Source: Oikopleura dioica (taxonomy: Eukaryota; Animalia; Chordata). From it: 64,000 nt of DNA. Location of the stretch: NCBI GenBank assembly GCA_907165135.1, contig OU015569.1, positions 10,974,001 to 11,038,000 on the forward strand. The letters run 5' to 3'. Below, piece by piece: positions 37,364 to 49,199 of the stretch. How positions within the stretch are numbered: position 1 is the first letter of the stretch; each line of letters opens with the position of its first letter. Position numbers and translations under genes: made by a program. Below the pieces are notes generated by a model. That model saw nothing but the letters and a program-made list of their open reading frames with translations. It had not been told where the DNA came from and did no database searches.

Positions 37364-39570
37364 CTATTTTTTCATTAAATTGTAGCATTGAACTGTTCTG
37401 AGTTTTATTTGAAGTGGGGAGCCATTAGAGCGCTCGTCCAAAATCGTCTCAAATTAAGACCGGTACTTATAGAGCCCGTTCCTTCTCAGCAAAAGAGAAA
37501 GAGAGAGAGAAGGAACCGCGCCGTTGCGAGCATAATCATAACTCCCGTCGTAACGTACCATCACTTCTAATGACTTCGAAACAGTTAGAAAATGTCTCGA
37601 GAAAACCCCAGTTCAAGTGACACGTGATCGAGCGTGATCTCGCATTCGAATAACGAGCAAAAAAGAATGATGACCTGAACTTTTGAACTATTTTTGTATC
37701 AACTAAGTTCGACTTTTCCAGCTAAAGTGAGCGGCTCAAACAGCTCGAAAACCAGCTCGAATTCCGCTCAATTTGAGCTGAGCCAGCTCAACATTCAGCT
37801 CAAGAAACCGCAATTGAAAATGATGAGCTCATTATTGAGCTCTACGAAATTTTACAACATCGGGCAATTTTCAATCCTCTTGACCTTTTTTCATCGACTT
37901 TTTCCCAAGAGCACGTCATAATCTGTCCTCGCCGAACTCTGCTCGCTTGTCGTACTTCATCAATGTTTCTTTGTCGCGAACGAACAGGGGTTACCTTTAG
38001 CCGGCGAGAAGAACGTTGGGTTATTTCGACCATTGAAGGAGCTTTACTTCGTGTTCGTTTTCTAACTTTCTGCTGCTTGAGTTGAGCGAGCGAATTACAC
38101 TTGAGCGCCAACTGCGAGAGTCGTTAGAGATCGTTCGTAACTCGCGAGTTAGACTCTGGTTTTGACCGCCTATTCCGGACGCTACATTTTACTAAACTCA
38201 AAATAAATATTACAAAAAAGGAAGAGGGAGAAGAGTCTTCTTGAGCTTGTTCAATTCCGAAGCCAGAAAATAAGAGAAAATCAACGAAGAAACAAAAACG
38301 GAAAAATCAACTTCATAAGCAGTATTTTCTGACTGATTCAAGAAAAAAAATATCGAAATGAAAAAAATGAGGAGTTTAATCCTCGTCGCCCAAATTGCAG
38401 AATCCTGCAGAAGAAGCGGATTTTCGAGAAAAAGAAGACAATCAGGAAAGCGTTGAAAATTAATTTCATGAAAATTTTCCAAAAGCTGGTTTTTTTCTGC
38501 AAAAAAAGTCGGTCATAAACGATAGTCATAAACGGCGGTTGTTGGTTTCTTAGTCAGAAATAGACGGAAAATAGATGCTAGCTACAGTTATTCCCTGAAG
38601 ATTATTTGGTGATTTTGATAGCCAAAAGTACTGTTCGTAGCACGAATAATTTGTTGGCTATAAGTTACTGCCTTTAAAATAAAAACCTTAAGACCTGTCT
38701 TTTGATATGTCAATATCATATTGTCAATATGGACAAGCTTCATATCGTATAGGTATTTACTCAGACCCCCTTAAAGTCCAAGGGGCCCATAATAGACAAG
38801 ACATAAGAAATAGTTGTGAATCAATAAGGGGAGATGGCTCGGAATGTTTTCGTGGTGTGATGCTAATCCGGCCTTATTTTGCGGTCTTTGTTCTAAAAAA
38901 AGATCAAAACTGGCAATTCTGATCGGAGATGTAAAATCATAAATTCAAATAAAATGTGACAGCTCGCAGAGCACCACATGATGATATATTGCGTCAACCC
39001 GATCAGCAGTGACAGTTTGGACAGCTTCACCTTGTTAAGCTTATCTATTTTTATTTTCGGTTTCGGACTTTCACGTGACTTATTCACCCAAGAATTCGTT
39101 GTTTCAATTACCAAGGGTATCTTATTCAATAATTATAAATTCCTACAATGCATTCTCTCGATAACAACTGTCGCCATCATGCTCCTGATTGGCTGATCTC
39201 AGACTATATGGAGCTCAACCAATCAAGTGTTTGATGGCGATGAAAAAGGCTGGAAAATGCTCTTTTGAAACGCTTGAAAAAGGAACTCCAGTTGAACTGG
39301 TCGAAAATGCCATCATCCCTTTTGCCTACTGTTTACAGGAAAAGGTCGAAAAACGAAGCAATGATTAGGATAAATAATAAACTCGCCTGTCAGAGAGAGA
39401 GAGCGATGACTTCACTCAACATTTCTTTTTTATCGCCAACGGATACTAAGACATCTATATTTTACTCGTTAGGCTTTATTAAATGCTCGTTAAAACATCC
39501 TCTCTCTCTTTTCTTTGTCTTTAGTTTTTAATCATCGAAAATGAAAAATTACTTTTCGACCGAAATTTAG

Positions 39571-42500
39571 AAAGATCCAGTTGTGCTAGAAGAAGTCATC
39601 TTGGCTGGACCAAACAGTGATCCTTCAAACACAGATCCGTATTGTTACGATGAATGTGGACCCGATGGTCTTGGAGAATATGATGTTGATGAGTGTGTAG
39701 CATGTTATAAAGTAAGCATGAAAAAGTACAAAATTTAAAATGGTATTCGTTGACAAAGAATCGTTGGCATTTCAATTTTGATTAATTTTAATTAGTGACA
39801 CCCTTAACGGTTAGGGTTAGATTTAGGGATTGGATTGACCAATGATGATCAATTTAAAATTTCTGAAGATTGATATTACAACGATTACTGTCTTATTGTT
39901 TAGAGGTTATCATGTTTTAGGGTTACCCGCTACTAAAGTTTGTCTTGAGAATGGCCTGCTACTCACAATAATTCTTTTTCAGGATGAAGACAGAATCGAA
40001 GACATAACAGAAAAATACATCGCGAGAGGAGGCTTCAGCCGAATGACTCCAAGTATACAGCAAGTTCAAGACTGTATCGACTTCTATCTACCGACAATTT
40101 TAACCTCCGAAGAACCAGAGCTATTCATCGAGAATACGAACAACCGCCAACTCGCTGGTCGAATCGAAGGAAGGAAGATAAACTTGAATTTGATTCTTTT
40201 TGTCGAAACGTCAGACAGTTCTTGAGGGCGCAAAGGATTTCCGGCGCATCTGGAGCGACGCGCAATTATTTTTAGAAAGCGGAAGCAATAACCCGTCACC
40301 CGGACATTAGTACTCGTATATTTATTTCAAACATTCGACCGCATTTTTATGATGATTCCGGGCAAGAATAGAAATGACATCACTCACCGCGCGATAAGTG
40401 TAAGGGGTAACCTTGTTCTCCGCTCGGCAACCTGAGTAGGAAACCTGAGTCAGGCTTTGAAATAGTCGCTGAATGGTCAAGTTAACAGAGCTGTCATGTG
40501 GCTTCGTTTTTGTGAAAGCCGCGAGGCGGCTTTTTATTTAAACTATTTGAAATCCTGACTCAGGTTTTCTACACAGTTTGTCGAGCCCAGTCGTTGTTTA
40601 TCCATTTTTCCCAATTTTATTGGTCAAGACCTAGATCAAGATGGCCTTTTGTGGTCCACTATTGGAGAAATAAGGTTTTGGAGAATCCTTAAAAAGTATA
40701 AAACTAATAACGGGGATTAGGTTATTCTGAGCTGTTTAACTGCCGTGCTTTATGCACGTCATGATTCAACAAAATGCACGAAAATGGCCATTAACCTTCT
40801 CGCGACGGGCTACCCGGAGCGGGCTGGAGGGACAAAAAAGGTCACGGCCGGAAGTTATCGGAAGTGAGGGTTAACCAGCCTGGCTCGCTTTATATCCGGC
40901 CATTTTCACGCGATACATAAGTTCATTCGCCAATTAGACACTCGTAACTACTCGAAGTCACCATTTTTACGACCCTGAATTCCAGAACAATATTACGTGT
41001 CTTAGGAATAAAAAATGCTCATTTTTAAGATTGAAAACATTTTCTACCCGTGATGCCTATTTTAAAGTTACTTTGGCTTGAAATATAATCAGACTGGCCA
41101 AAGTAAGCGTCAGAATCAGGGTTCCTGACTCAGGCACAGGTTCGAGAAATGGTTAGGGTTAGGGTTTGGTCAATGGTAGCTCTGTGCAAGGTGACTTTAA
41201 AATGAACGTCAGGAGTAAAAAATTTCTTAACAAAATTATCTTCTTCGAAGTGCCGGATATCATAAAATACGAATACGATTGTGATACATCTGATCCTTCA
41301 AGCTGCGATGCTGGAAGCAACTTTTGGGAAGGCATCATTCGCGTTCCTGAAGATTCTTCCGAAAATAGTCGAAAAAGAAGAGACGGAGAAAGCTGTTTCT
41401 TCGAAGAATTTAGGTTTGAAACGAAGCTGATGTTAATAACAAGGTTTCATTTGATGATTTAAGTTTTGAAAACGCAGCAGTGCTCGGACAAGCAGATGAC
41501 AACGGTATCCGGTTGACATATCTGAGAGAGGCGCGCGCCGACATAAACTTCAATGTTACTCTCTCAGAGCAATGCGAGAATAACCATCTAGTTCCAGGGA
41601 TTTTTCATCATCGTCCGAGACGGTCTCTTATTCCTGATCGATCCTCCTTGATTTCGTTTTTCAATCATTAATTCTGCTGTTTCCTTCTCAGGCTTTTATA
41701 CAGATATTTTGAGAAAATAAACCTTTTGAAAATCCCTCCCAAGAATTCATCTTCAAACAGAGAGTACCAGCTGCCGTTCTTCCGCGATTCTACTCCGTCG
41801 ATCGACTTACTTCCAAAAACTACGAGATCGAATTCGGCTGGGACTCGATCGGATACCTCTACGCATACGGCGATTTGGAGAACGTAAGTGTTCCGCAAAC
41901 GATTCTAGCGACGCCGCAAGCTTTTAATCTTACTGGCACTACTTTCATCAGCTACAAGAATGGTAAAGCATAAGGGTATTCTGTAATTAAGTCTTCTTTA
42001 GATATTTTGGTGGATAAGCAGAGTCCATCTTCTTACGCAATTTCATTCTCTCCAAACGGTCGATCCTACGATCCCGGCGTTGAAGTCGCAACTTTAAACA
42101 TGGAGACGCTGGCTGCTGATCCCATTTCTCCTTTCCAATTCCAGCTCAAGTCGGTCTTGACACCCGGCTTCCGCGAAGTAGAAAGCGCTTCCACCGAAGC
42201 GCCAACGAACAACTACGTTCCCTGTATCCCGAATCTCGTTGATCCACCAAAATGCAAAACGATCACCAATATGCCAGTGAATGTAACACTCTCCGAAAAT
42301 CGATCCAACTCAATGACGGTAAGAAAAAGGACGCTGAAGACAACGAAGACCGCTTAAATTTTACTAAAACAGGAATAACTCATTTTAAGAAATTTAAGGT
42401 GAAGAAAAAGGTTAAGTCTTGATCAGTTCATACAGTGATACTCATGAATTAACAGCAAAACATACAGGGAATATCTTGTAATCTCGGACTCATGTAGATC

Positions 42501-43997
42501 TTCATTTCAATTCATTAATTCCGTCTTAGAACAGAGGCTTTCCATTGTCGACCAGCATAGATCTTGTCGACAATTTAGATGAGGCACTCTGATGAAACTG
42601 ATTTGACAGTCATGAAATTCAACTAAAGTCATTAAAGTCGCATTTGATGACTGTAAATAAACCCTCAGTTTCAAGATAAAGTGCTAAAAATCATTTTAGA
42701 TAACGAAGATGATCCTCAATCAAGCAAACAAGTTGATCAAGCAAGAGAACAAGAACCAACTCGTTTGCGAAGATTATTCAGTTTGTCAAATCAAAATCAA
42801 GTACTTGGACTTTCCAGAAGGACGAGCCTGCGATGAAGGCCTCTGTCACGATGCGCTGATTTCAACTGGCTGTGTTGGATGGAAGGAGGGAAATGCCTGC
42901 CAAGCTTATATTGATAATTCCTCAGATGCGATCTTCTATTCCAACAAAAGTAAGTAACAGAAACTTCTTACTGACACAGGGCCTGTCTCCTGAGTTTATA
43001 AGGCTTCTACCAGAGTTCAAAAACCCCGCGATTTGCCCGGGCACAGGCGGGCGCGGGCTCGGAATGGAAAAATGGTCGGGGGCTCAGGCGGGCACGGGCA
43101 CAAAATTGATGAAGCTCGGGGGCTCAGGTGGGCACGGGCCCGAAACTGAAGGTGCCCGCGGGCTTACGCGGGCGCGGGCAAAAAATTGAAGGTGCCCGCG
43201 GGCTCACGCGGGCGCGGGCCCTTGCCCTCCTGCTCGCGCCCGGCCGCGCCCGCGAGCACAGAGGGACCTACTTTCAATCGGTATTTTCAGCTTCAATTCG
43301 ATGACTTGAATAAGTTTGCCGTCAAAAAATAAGCGAAAATGGTAAAAAAAAGTACGGAAATTCGCGAGAATCTTGATTTTAGACCAAATTTTGAGCCAAT
43401 TTTTGGAGTCTTTTTCGAAGAAAACTCTTTTACGGGTTACCGAAAAAAGTCTTAATTTTTATTTAAATTTTCAAAGTTTTCGGCGAAAATTTCTTCTTCT
43501 TTTACGAAAACTGGCCGCGGCCCTGACGGGCTCGGGCGCCTGAGGCCGCGAGGCCCGGGGGCTCAGGCGGGCACGGTGTAATCATAAAAACTGGCCGCGG
43601 CCCTAACGGGCTCGGGCGCTTGAGGCCGCGAGGCCCGGGGGCGCAGGCGGGCAGCGTGCCCGCGCCCGGCCGGCCGCCGCTCCCCTGCCCGGGAGCCGAA
43701 AATTTTTGAACTCTGGCTTCTACACAGGTTGCTGAACCTAGCGCTGCGTATAATTAAAAACCTCAGCAATAAGATAAAATTTTTCAGAGGGCGAATTTTT
43801 CTATCACTGGGAATCGTCGGAAAACCAACTTTACGGCACCGCATCGAAAAACAAAAAGCCACTAAAACTCGACGGCAAGAAGGACATCGTCTCGATGCTT
43901 CAGGGTAGAGTGTAGCTAAACATGTTCCATAAGCTCCTTGTCTAATTATTACTATGCTTGTATGATAGATTATCTGAAAAAAGACCCCATCCATTAA
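39571..43997 (+). CDS. Orphan multi-exon Cys-containing protein, probably extracellular; 5' end unresolved
   Basis: At least 10 exons traced in frame (YCYDECGPDG..., YDCDTSDPSSCDAG...RKRR, VPCIPNLVDPPKC, ACDEGLCHDALISTGC); N-glycosylation sequons. Confidence 0.65.
40422..40590. repeat. Palindromic CTGAGTCAG micro-MITE copy
   Basis: GCTCGGCAACCTGAGTAGGAAACCTGAGTCAGG...CCTGACTCAGGTTTTCTACACAGTTTGTCGAGCCCAG. Confidence 0.8.
43011..43715. mobile_element. Non-autonomous hAT-like element (705 bp)
   Basis: 13-bp TIR CAGAGTTCAAAAA; 8-bp TSD GCTTCTAC at 43003-43010 and 43716-43723; GC-rich subterminal GCGGGCRCGGG repeats. Confidence 0.9.
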
Positions 43998-44310
43998 TAG
44001 TTTATTTCTCTGCCCAGTTCAACCCTTTGCAACTCTCTTTACTTGTTTCTTCGGAAAAGTGAAAATTTTCAACTCGCAAAATTTGCAGGTTTCAAAAAAC
44101 AAAATGGAATTGAAAAAGTTAAATTTTCACTATCCCAAATAAACAGTATTTGCTCTTGAAAACGTTTTATTTATGTCTCTGCTGTTTATATTCCCAATTT
44201 AATAAATTCACTATTGAAAATTGTCGCTCCGAATAAATTTAAAAGAAAAATTATAAATCGAATTCATCACTAAATATGAATTTTATCAAATTAAAGGGAG
44301 GAAGAATTAA

Positions 44311-45064
44311 GGATATAGCCGTTCTCAAGGCACTTTCGTAGCGCCGAAATGGGGCGATAAAATTTTTTCATTTTAAGACAGGTCCTACCTAAAATTATGT
44401 CTAGAATTCGATTCTGATGTTATTGAAAATTTTTTTCAAAGAAAATTTATCTCTGGAGCGATTTGAAATCTTACGATCACTTTTTCTCGAAATTTTTCAA
44501 TTAAATCGCTAAAACTAAACCGTGTTATATTATAAATAACTACGTATCTATCTTCTTAGGGCCTCAAAATTTCAAAACCCGAGCAAATTTTCATTCTAGC
44601 GTCTTCTTCTTTTTGGCTTTTCTTTTTCTTAAATGCTGCGTTCAGGGCGCTCGACCAATCAGCGAGCACTTTCACATACGCGCCTCACCGCGCGATGGAG
44701 GAGGGCGCCCAGCGCAGCAAACCAGAGCGCTGTCTGACGCTTCGGCTTACTCAAGTAAGCCTCATAAAAATGGCTCTAGAATCATAAATAATTGGAATCT
44801 ATTAAACTTTAGACCCTAGGAATGTAGAGAAAGGTCCAAATTTTTAATTTATCAAAAAAACTCGACCAATTTAATTGAAAATTCTCGAGAAAAAGTGATC
44901 GTAAGATTTTAAATTGCTCTAGAGAGAAATTTTTCCATTAAAAAAGTAGAAAGAACACTAGAATCGGGTTTCTTAGGCAATTTTAGGTAGGGTTCCTTTT
45001 GAAATGAAAAAAATTTATCGTCCCCTTTTGGCGCTACGAAAGTGCCTTGAGAACGGCTATATCC
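44311..45064. mobile_element. TTAA-flanked foldback MITE C (754 bp)
   Basis: TTAA at 44307-44310 and 45065-45068; about 33-bp perfect terminal IR GGATATAGCCGTTCTCAAGGCAC; degenerate long arms. Confidence 0.88.
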
Positions 45065-45264
45065 TTAAGGGAAAGTGTTCAATTATTGATCTTGCAGGCA
45101 AAATTTTGTGATCATTTTTATCGAAAGTTGAAAGCTTTCTCGAAGCGCTGTCGAAAATGAAGGACTTTTTTTCCAGAAGTTGGCTCGGCGCGGAAACGCG
45201 GCGAAGAACGCCGGCATTTCAACGCAGTCGAAAATTTTTGAGAGTTTTGAGGAGCAGCTAGAGA

Positions 45265-46835
45265 ATGAGCTTCGCCGATCTAGACTATTTAGTAAAGTTA
45301 AAGATCTGGCGCTTTTTGGACGATAAGAAGGACTCCAATCAAAAGATTTACCTAGGTAACTCTATATTGATCGAATCATAAAAGTCGATGGCCGGAAAAA
45401 ATATAAATTTTTCGCCTTCGAACAGCCATAACTCACGTGATACTTAATGAAACCAAGCGATAAAGATATCAATCGAAAGCTTAGATTGTGAGGATTTGGG
45501 CAACGTAAAAATTATTTTGTAAAATCGACTTTTTTCTGATTGGCCGAAAATTTGAAATAATTATTTTTGCCAGTGAAACTAATTTTTTTTCAAATTTCTC
45601 TTTCTTGCCCCATTCCTCAGAAGGTGAGCTTTCCAAAAATGTTCTTATCATGTGATTTCATCAATTGTGGCGTGAGATATCCGCGTTCGTAGGAATTTCA
45701 AAGAAATGTTCCTGAAATCGCCTCAGGCTATGATAAGAGGTTTTTTTCAGATGATTTCGGAAGCTCGATAAGCCATGAAAACAATCCTATAAATGGTTTC
45801 TGTCGAAGACGAAATTTTCGTCAAAATCGAAAATTTATATTTTTCCGGCCAATTTAATCCGTTAATTAATATTATTTAAGGGTTGCTCCTTGTCGAACAC
45901 GATTATGTAAACGAGGTCGAAAAATGGATTGTTGGTAAATTGGAGGGCTTTTTGTGGTCCCCTTGTGTTCTTTCGCCATTTCGAAAACTTTCTCCGGAAT
46001 TGGCATTGATGCTCTTCAGGTACTTTTTTTAGCACATTCTAGGGGAGGTGGTCGATGACTTTTTGAGCGCTTTTCAAATTTTCGATATTATTATTTGTGA
46101 TTTTGATATCATCCACAGGAATGGAATAAAAATAAAGAGATAGAATAAATTAGTCCACATAATACCTTAGTACTGTATTTTCTTGCAGATACAAATAGAA
46201 ATAGAAAAATTCGATCCCGGCCACCTGAACCTTAAACATAGGTTTAAAACTGCGGAGGAAGATGAGGAGCTTTGGAACGTTCATCGGAAAGAGTATGGTT
46301 TGGACTTTCCTCCAAGGATTCTTCGTATTATCTGGCGTTGCCCTGATCTCCGGTATTTCATGGCTTATCGCATACAAGATTGGGCCATTTCCTTCCGCGA
46401 CTCTTCAAATCTGCATTGTGAGCTCGTAAAATTGGTTAAAGCATGGACAGAATACGACAAGGAGGACAAGATGTTGAATGCTTTCGCAAAGAGATTTGGT
46501 AAACACTACGTATTGGATGCAGTTGTTCCAGTCATTCGATGTCTTTTCTCCCCACTACCGACTATTCCAACTAACATGGTACTCAGCTTTTTTAAGTTTT
46601 TAGCCTAGTGAAGATTTAATCACATCTAAAATTTGACATTTACCTTAAAAATTTTATACAAATGGTAAATTTGGTTATTTACTTTAACTTCGAGGGGATC
46701 ATTTGCGTCGTCTAACCCCTGTCATTTTAGCCCGGATCCGCACATCGAAAGGAAGTCAAAGAAATGATGAAATCAAAAGACTTTCCTCCTCTCCGAAAAT
46801 CTGCGAAAAATCGGCGGCGAACTCTTTCTTTGTAA
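45265..46835 (+). CDS. Orphan protein with an F-box-like N-terminus
   Basis: MSFADLDYLVKLKIWRFLD resembles the F-box consensus; exons spliced across introns from 45356; ends ...RRTLSL*. Confidence 0.55.
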
Positions 46836-47074
46836 TCTGAACATAACCAGCCATTGATCTCGAGGAATAAAGTACCGAAAAATCTACTTGCTTTTCTTCA
46901 TTTTTCTTCCTTGATGTCCAACTTCCAACTAATGAATGAGTCATTCTAAATGTCTTACTTCTCGGATGATCCAATCGGGAAGCCAGCTGCGACTTTTGCT
47001 AAAAGTTCTCTAGACTTCGCGAAAACATAAATTCTTTTTTCACTTTTGTTTTTCCAAAATAAAAATCACCGAAA

Positions 47075-48040
47075 ATGGAGCCTCGGATTCTAATTAAACG
47101 AGAGATCAAAGAAGAGAAGATTAAAAAAGAATTTGAGCCTCCAGAAAAAAGTTTCTTTAAAAAAAGGTTGAAAAAGAATTTCGCCCCGTTCTTCTGACAC
47201 TTTTTAGGGGGGAGGAGATTAATGACGTACTTATGATGAAGACAAACGAGTATCTGATAAATGCTTCAAAATGTCTACAGAACAGGTTGGCTTTAAAATA
47301 ATGGAAACAGAGTCTCTACAACTTTTTGTAGAGAATATTTCTTTGCTCGAAATTTTTGCGACTCAGCACGCTGCAGGAAGATGCACCAAATAATCAGGCA
47401 TACTCGAGAGTGTCAGGTCGGGCTCGGCAATAGTAGCTTTTCCTGAGTCAAAACCTGAGTCGATACACATTCCGGTGTACCGGCCTCGGGAACCTGTGGA
47501 CTAAACCTAAGTCGCGGCGTAGCGTCTATTCAAGACCCTGACTCAGGTTTTGCACACAGACAGTACTCTGATTGCCGAGCCCACATATGAGCTGGAAGCA
47601 AACAATTGTGACGAGTGCACGGGCTACTTCGCCATGGTGGCTTACCACACGAAATATCTCTGCGAAGACGGTGACAACTGCCCCGTGCCAGAGTGCAAGC
47701 GCTGCCGGCAGATTCAGAAACAGTGCAAGAATATGATCAAGCCGCAGCGGATCAAAAACAGTTTCGTAATCCCCCAACCTAGCGCCATTCTTGAGTTCCA
47801 GGATAGCGAGGAGGAGAGCGAAGACGACGAGGTGGAGACGGAACCGGGAACGGGCTCCTTCATTCCTTTTATAATTCATTTTTGATGAAAGAGAAAATAG
47901 CCGTTTTGAAAGGCAGCCAGGATGTGGCTGTTCAATGTTCAGGCGAGGACTTCTTCGATGGTAATAATAATTCACAATCCCAAGATGGCCCAGAATCCCA
48001 AATGGACGGCGAAGAAATGGGTCAAAAAGAAACACATTAG
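47075..48040 (+). CDS. Stand-alone TAZ2-like zinc-finger protein with an acidic tail
   Basis: YLINASKC...FCDSARCRKMHQIIRHTRECQ|LEANNCDECTGYFAMVAYHTKYLCEDGDNCPVPEC aligns by eye to the CBP/p300 TAZ2 domain. Confidence 0.75.
47420..47582. repeat. Composite CTGAGTCAG palindrome filling intron 47417-47591
   Basis: GGGCTCGGCAAT...ATTGCCGAGCCC outer IR with an inner partial copy. Confidence 0.8.
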
Positions 48041-48065
48041 AAAACAATTTGCTGTTTTACTAGGG

Positions 48066-48260
48066 CAGGGCTCGGCAACCTGTGTCCAAAATCTTAGTTA
48101 GGGTTTCAGATAACTTCAATGAAAATGCACTTTTTGCGGCTATTTTGAAAACGAAGCCGCCAAGCAACTTCACCAAAAGTTCCATCTTGATTTATTGCGG
48201 CTTTTCATTTAAGTTTTCTAAGCCCTGACTCAGGTTTTGGACACAGGTTGACGAGTCCAG
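48066..48260. repeat. Palindromic CTGAGTCAG micro-MITE copy
   Basis: GGGCTCGGCAACCTGTGTCCAAAA...CCCTGACTCAGGTTTTGGACACAGGTTGACGAGTCCAG. Confidence 0.85.
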
Positions 48261-48676
48261 TACTTAGGCAAACTAGAACTGCGAAAATAAAATCTTTCAT
48301 TTTGAAAAATCCATTTTGATCAATTATGCTTTATTAATTCAATCAATACTTATTTATCAAACACATGATGTCAGCATTATCACGTCATTTCTAGTAAAGG
48401 AAATCCTAATTATTCTCATCAAAGCGAAATAATTAATGAAAAAAGAGTTTTAATTCGGCCGAATAATCCAGCTCGATAATACGACATTGCAAAAGCTAAA
48501 GCCTTTGATAGCCAATTGCCTCCAAATGTAATCTGTTTTTTTCGTCTTGATCAGCAGAGCTTCATCCATCAACCACGAGCTAAATTGAACCATCTAACTG
48601 AAAATCGCGCTGCAGAAGAAACCGCTCAAAGAGAGGATTGGTTTAGTTCGAAAGAGCTGCACTTGAGTCAGACTGA

Positions 48677-48798
48677 CTGGGTTCCGCAACATGTGTAAAA
48701 AACCTGAGTCAGGGTTTGAAAATGCCAAATAAATCGGAGCTTAATATTTAGCATTTTCAAATCCTGACTCAGGATTTTACACAGGATACCGAGCCCAG
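48677..48798. repeat. Palindromic CTGAGTCAG micro-MITE copy
   Basis: CTGGGTTCCGCAACATGTGTAAAAAACCTGAGTCAGGG...CCTGACTCAGGATTTTACACAGGATACCGAGCCCAG. Confidence 0.85.
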
Positions 48799-49199
48799 AG
48801 TCCCGTTGATCCAAAAATAGAGCAACTTTTTAAGGGGGTACAGATCGAAAAATCAGTTTTTCCAGTAGACACGTATTTAGTGACTGACCCTCATTTGAGC
48901 CCCAAAATATATGAATAGACAGTAAAACAGAAGTTAAATTTAATTTCACTTATTGTTCAACGCGTGAATAAATAATCACTCCCGTCAGATATGGCAGATG
49001 AAATTATCGTTTATATCAAATTTCGATAATCAAAGCTGGGCTCATTTATATTCGATAAGTTCTGCCTTTACTCTTCGAGAAATTTGTCTCTATTTTGACA
49101 TCGATGAAAAAAGGGGAAAGTACTGTTTAAGATTTTTTGCTAAATGGGTCAATTACGTGTGTCTGTATAAATTATGAATTAATCGTCGACAAACCAAAA

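Noticed and set aside
37842-38111. 89-aa basic ORF on the minus strand
   Set aside because: TTG start, no recognisable domain and no consistent exon chain; cannot be supported as a gene
42872-43994. Gly/Arg/Ala-rich ORFs (42872-43189 and 43563-43994)
   Set aside because: Products of the GC-rich subterminal repeats of the hAT-like element
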